In this document: one piece after another, positions 62,752 through 64,000 of the stretch
Layout of the letters: every line of letters starts with the position of its first letter
Numbering within the stretch: the first letter of the stretch is position 1
Assembly (NCBI GenBank): GCA_051362555.1
Contig: CM120645.1
Span: forward strand, 15,996,001 to 16,060,000
Direction: 5' to 3'
From: Lingula anatina
Taxonomy: Eukaryota; Animalia; Brachiopoda
Length of the DNA: 64,000 nucleotides
The notes under the pieces: model-generated
Told to the model about the DNA's origin: nothing
Database searches by the model: none
Seen by the model: only the letters and a program-made list of their open reading frames with translations
Translations under genes and position numbers: made by a program

Positions 62752-63889
62752 TTGTCATCAACATAAGTTATGGATGAATTTTCGTGGAATTTTCAGGGTA
62801 GGTCAGATATGGGTTAACTTAGAAGTGATTAGTTTTTGGTGGTGATCTGGATCAATAATCAATCAATAATCAATAATCAGAAATAAAAAAAACAAGTTAT
62901 GGACCGATTTTGATGAAATTTTCAGGAACTGGCAGAAGTTGGCCAAGGAAGAGATGATTAGTTTTTGGTGGTGATCCGGATCAGTAATCAATCAATAATC
63001 AATCAATAATCAGTAATCAAAAATAAAAAAAACTAAATCATTATAGAATGAAAATTTAGGGGTGAAACGGCATTGGGTTGAGACTTGCTGCCTTGACGGA
63101 GGTCTGCGCTCTCGGAGTGTTTTCTAGTTATGTTTTTTTTTATTTCCCGTTTCAGTGGATGATGGGCCAGCACCAAATATGTACACACTACCAAATATAA
63201 TCTGTCAATCTCCCACAGCCAAAACACTGGCCTACCGGTGGTTTGAAATAAAAGGTGGGTATTTATGATATGGGGTGAAGGGAATACTCAAGTCGAAAAG
63301 TATCATTTCAAGAAAAATGTTTAAAGATATTTGCTGAGAAGTGGTTATCAAGTGTGATCTTTAATCCTTCTGATCATTGGCTATAGTATAGCAGAATATA
63401 TAAAAATAAGCCCATTCTATGTTAAAACTGATTTCAGTTTGGGGAACTTTAACCTGTACACTGTTTTTTTTTTTTAATGCGTACCTGTATACTTGTTAAA
63501 ACGCACACGCCCAGTGCCTGTTCTCATCTAAATTAACTGGTCACAACAACAGATGATAAAAGAAGCATTTCTTATCTAATTTTATTTTCAATACAGCACA
63601 GTTTTAGGTGAATCACATGCTGACCTGCAGACTGCAGTATTATATAGTCATTGCAGGTTTAGATCATACACTTATATTCAGCTTTGAGAGTCGCCTGATT
63701 ATTGCATTGACCATGACCAATAAAGGCAAAAAATAAGTTTTTCATCAGAGATTGTCATGTGTTTCCTTCTTTTCAAAACAGAGGCACCGCATCCGAGCCC
63801 CGCTCACTATTCTTTGACGGACACCAACCTGAAACGTAGCCCTGCCTACACTTGCGCCAAGAGAACAAGCGGGAACTGTTTTCTTCCGT
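58976..63889 (+). CDS. ODF3/SHIPPO-repeat (PGP-repeat) ciliary or sperm-tail microtubule-associated protein, 3'-incomplete; exons 58976-59129, 59464-59526, 59770-59871, 60295-60405, 60693-60845, 61172-61279, 61549-61638, 62312-62416, 63156-63254, 63782-63889
   Basis: Ten exons join in one open frame through phase-1 introns; repeats NPSPSDYYP, CPGPADYDT, SIGPSRYNS, NPGPGYRP, GPGPAEYTV, NPAPNAYDL, GPAPNMYTL, HPSPAHYSL, several followed by P.YS/F-type motifs typical of the SHIPPO repeat family; donor gtaagt at 63890 shows the gene continues. Confidence 0.88.
60851..60884. promoter_or_regulatory. Intronic inverted CCAAT box plus near-perfect RFX X-box
   Basis: tgATTGG 60851-60857 and GTAACCATGGTAAC 60871-60884. 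Confidence 0.45.
62438..63129 (-). mobile_element. Two tandem small Helentron-type elements (62438-62669, 62680-63129) in intron 8 of the SHIPPO-repeat gene
   Basis: Each begins ttacctccgccaaggaggt (hairpin) followed by (tgtc)n and ends ggaggtctgcgctctcggagtg...ttctagtt; reverse complement of the family at 1256-1910. Confidence 0.85.
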
Positions 63890-64000
63890 GTAAGTTTTCA
63901 CGACGGTGTGGGAATGAATTTCAAAATTACTGCATTTGAATATTCATGTACAGAAAGCATGAAAATTTTTAAAAAATCATTATAATGCTGTTTGACTTTA

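Overview
AT-rich eukaryotic genomic DNA with spliceosomal GT-AG introns, most likely from an invertebrate animal. It contains no prokaryotic genes, rRNA, tRNA or CRISPR arrays, and almost all ORFs in the supplied track are spurious. About 2.6-37 kb is a tandem segmental-duplication array of about 4 units. The units carry copies of an unidentified plus-strand two-exon 3' cassette with intact splice sites and frames (4 copies of the first exon, 3 of the second). The units are inflated by multi-kb Helentron-type non-autonomous elements with internal satellites, and by nested MITEs for which filled and empty sites can be compared directly. About 37-49 kb is MITE-rich intergenic DNA with a probable decayed piggyBac transposase fragment. 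At 49.5-57.5 kb (minus strand) is a reconstructed 6-exon gene: signal peptide, one MAM domain, Ser/Thr stalk and hydrophobic tail. Head-to-head with it, from 58,976 to the window end (plus strand), is an ODF3/SHIPPO-repeat (PGP-repeat) ciliary or sperm-tail gene with 10 visible exons, all-phase-1 introns, one GC-AG intron, and CRE-like and X-box motifs. All gene models were built by hand; family assignments are by motif recognition, with no database search.
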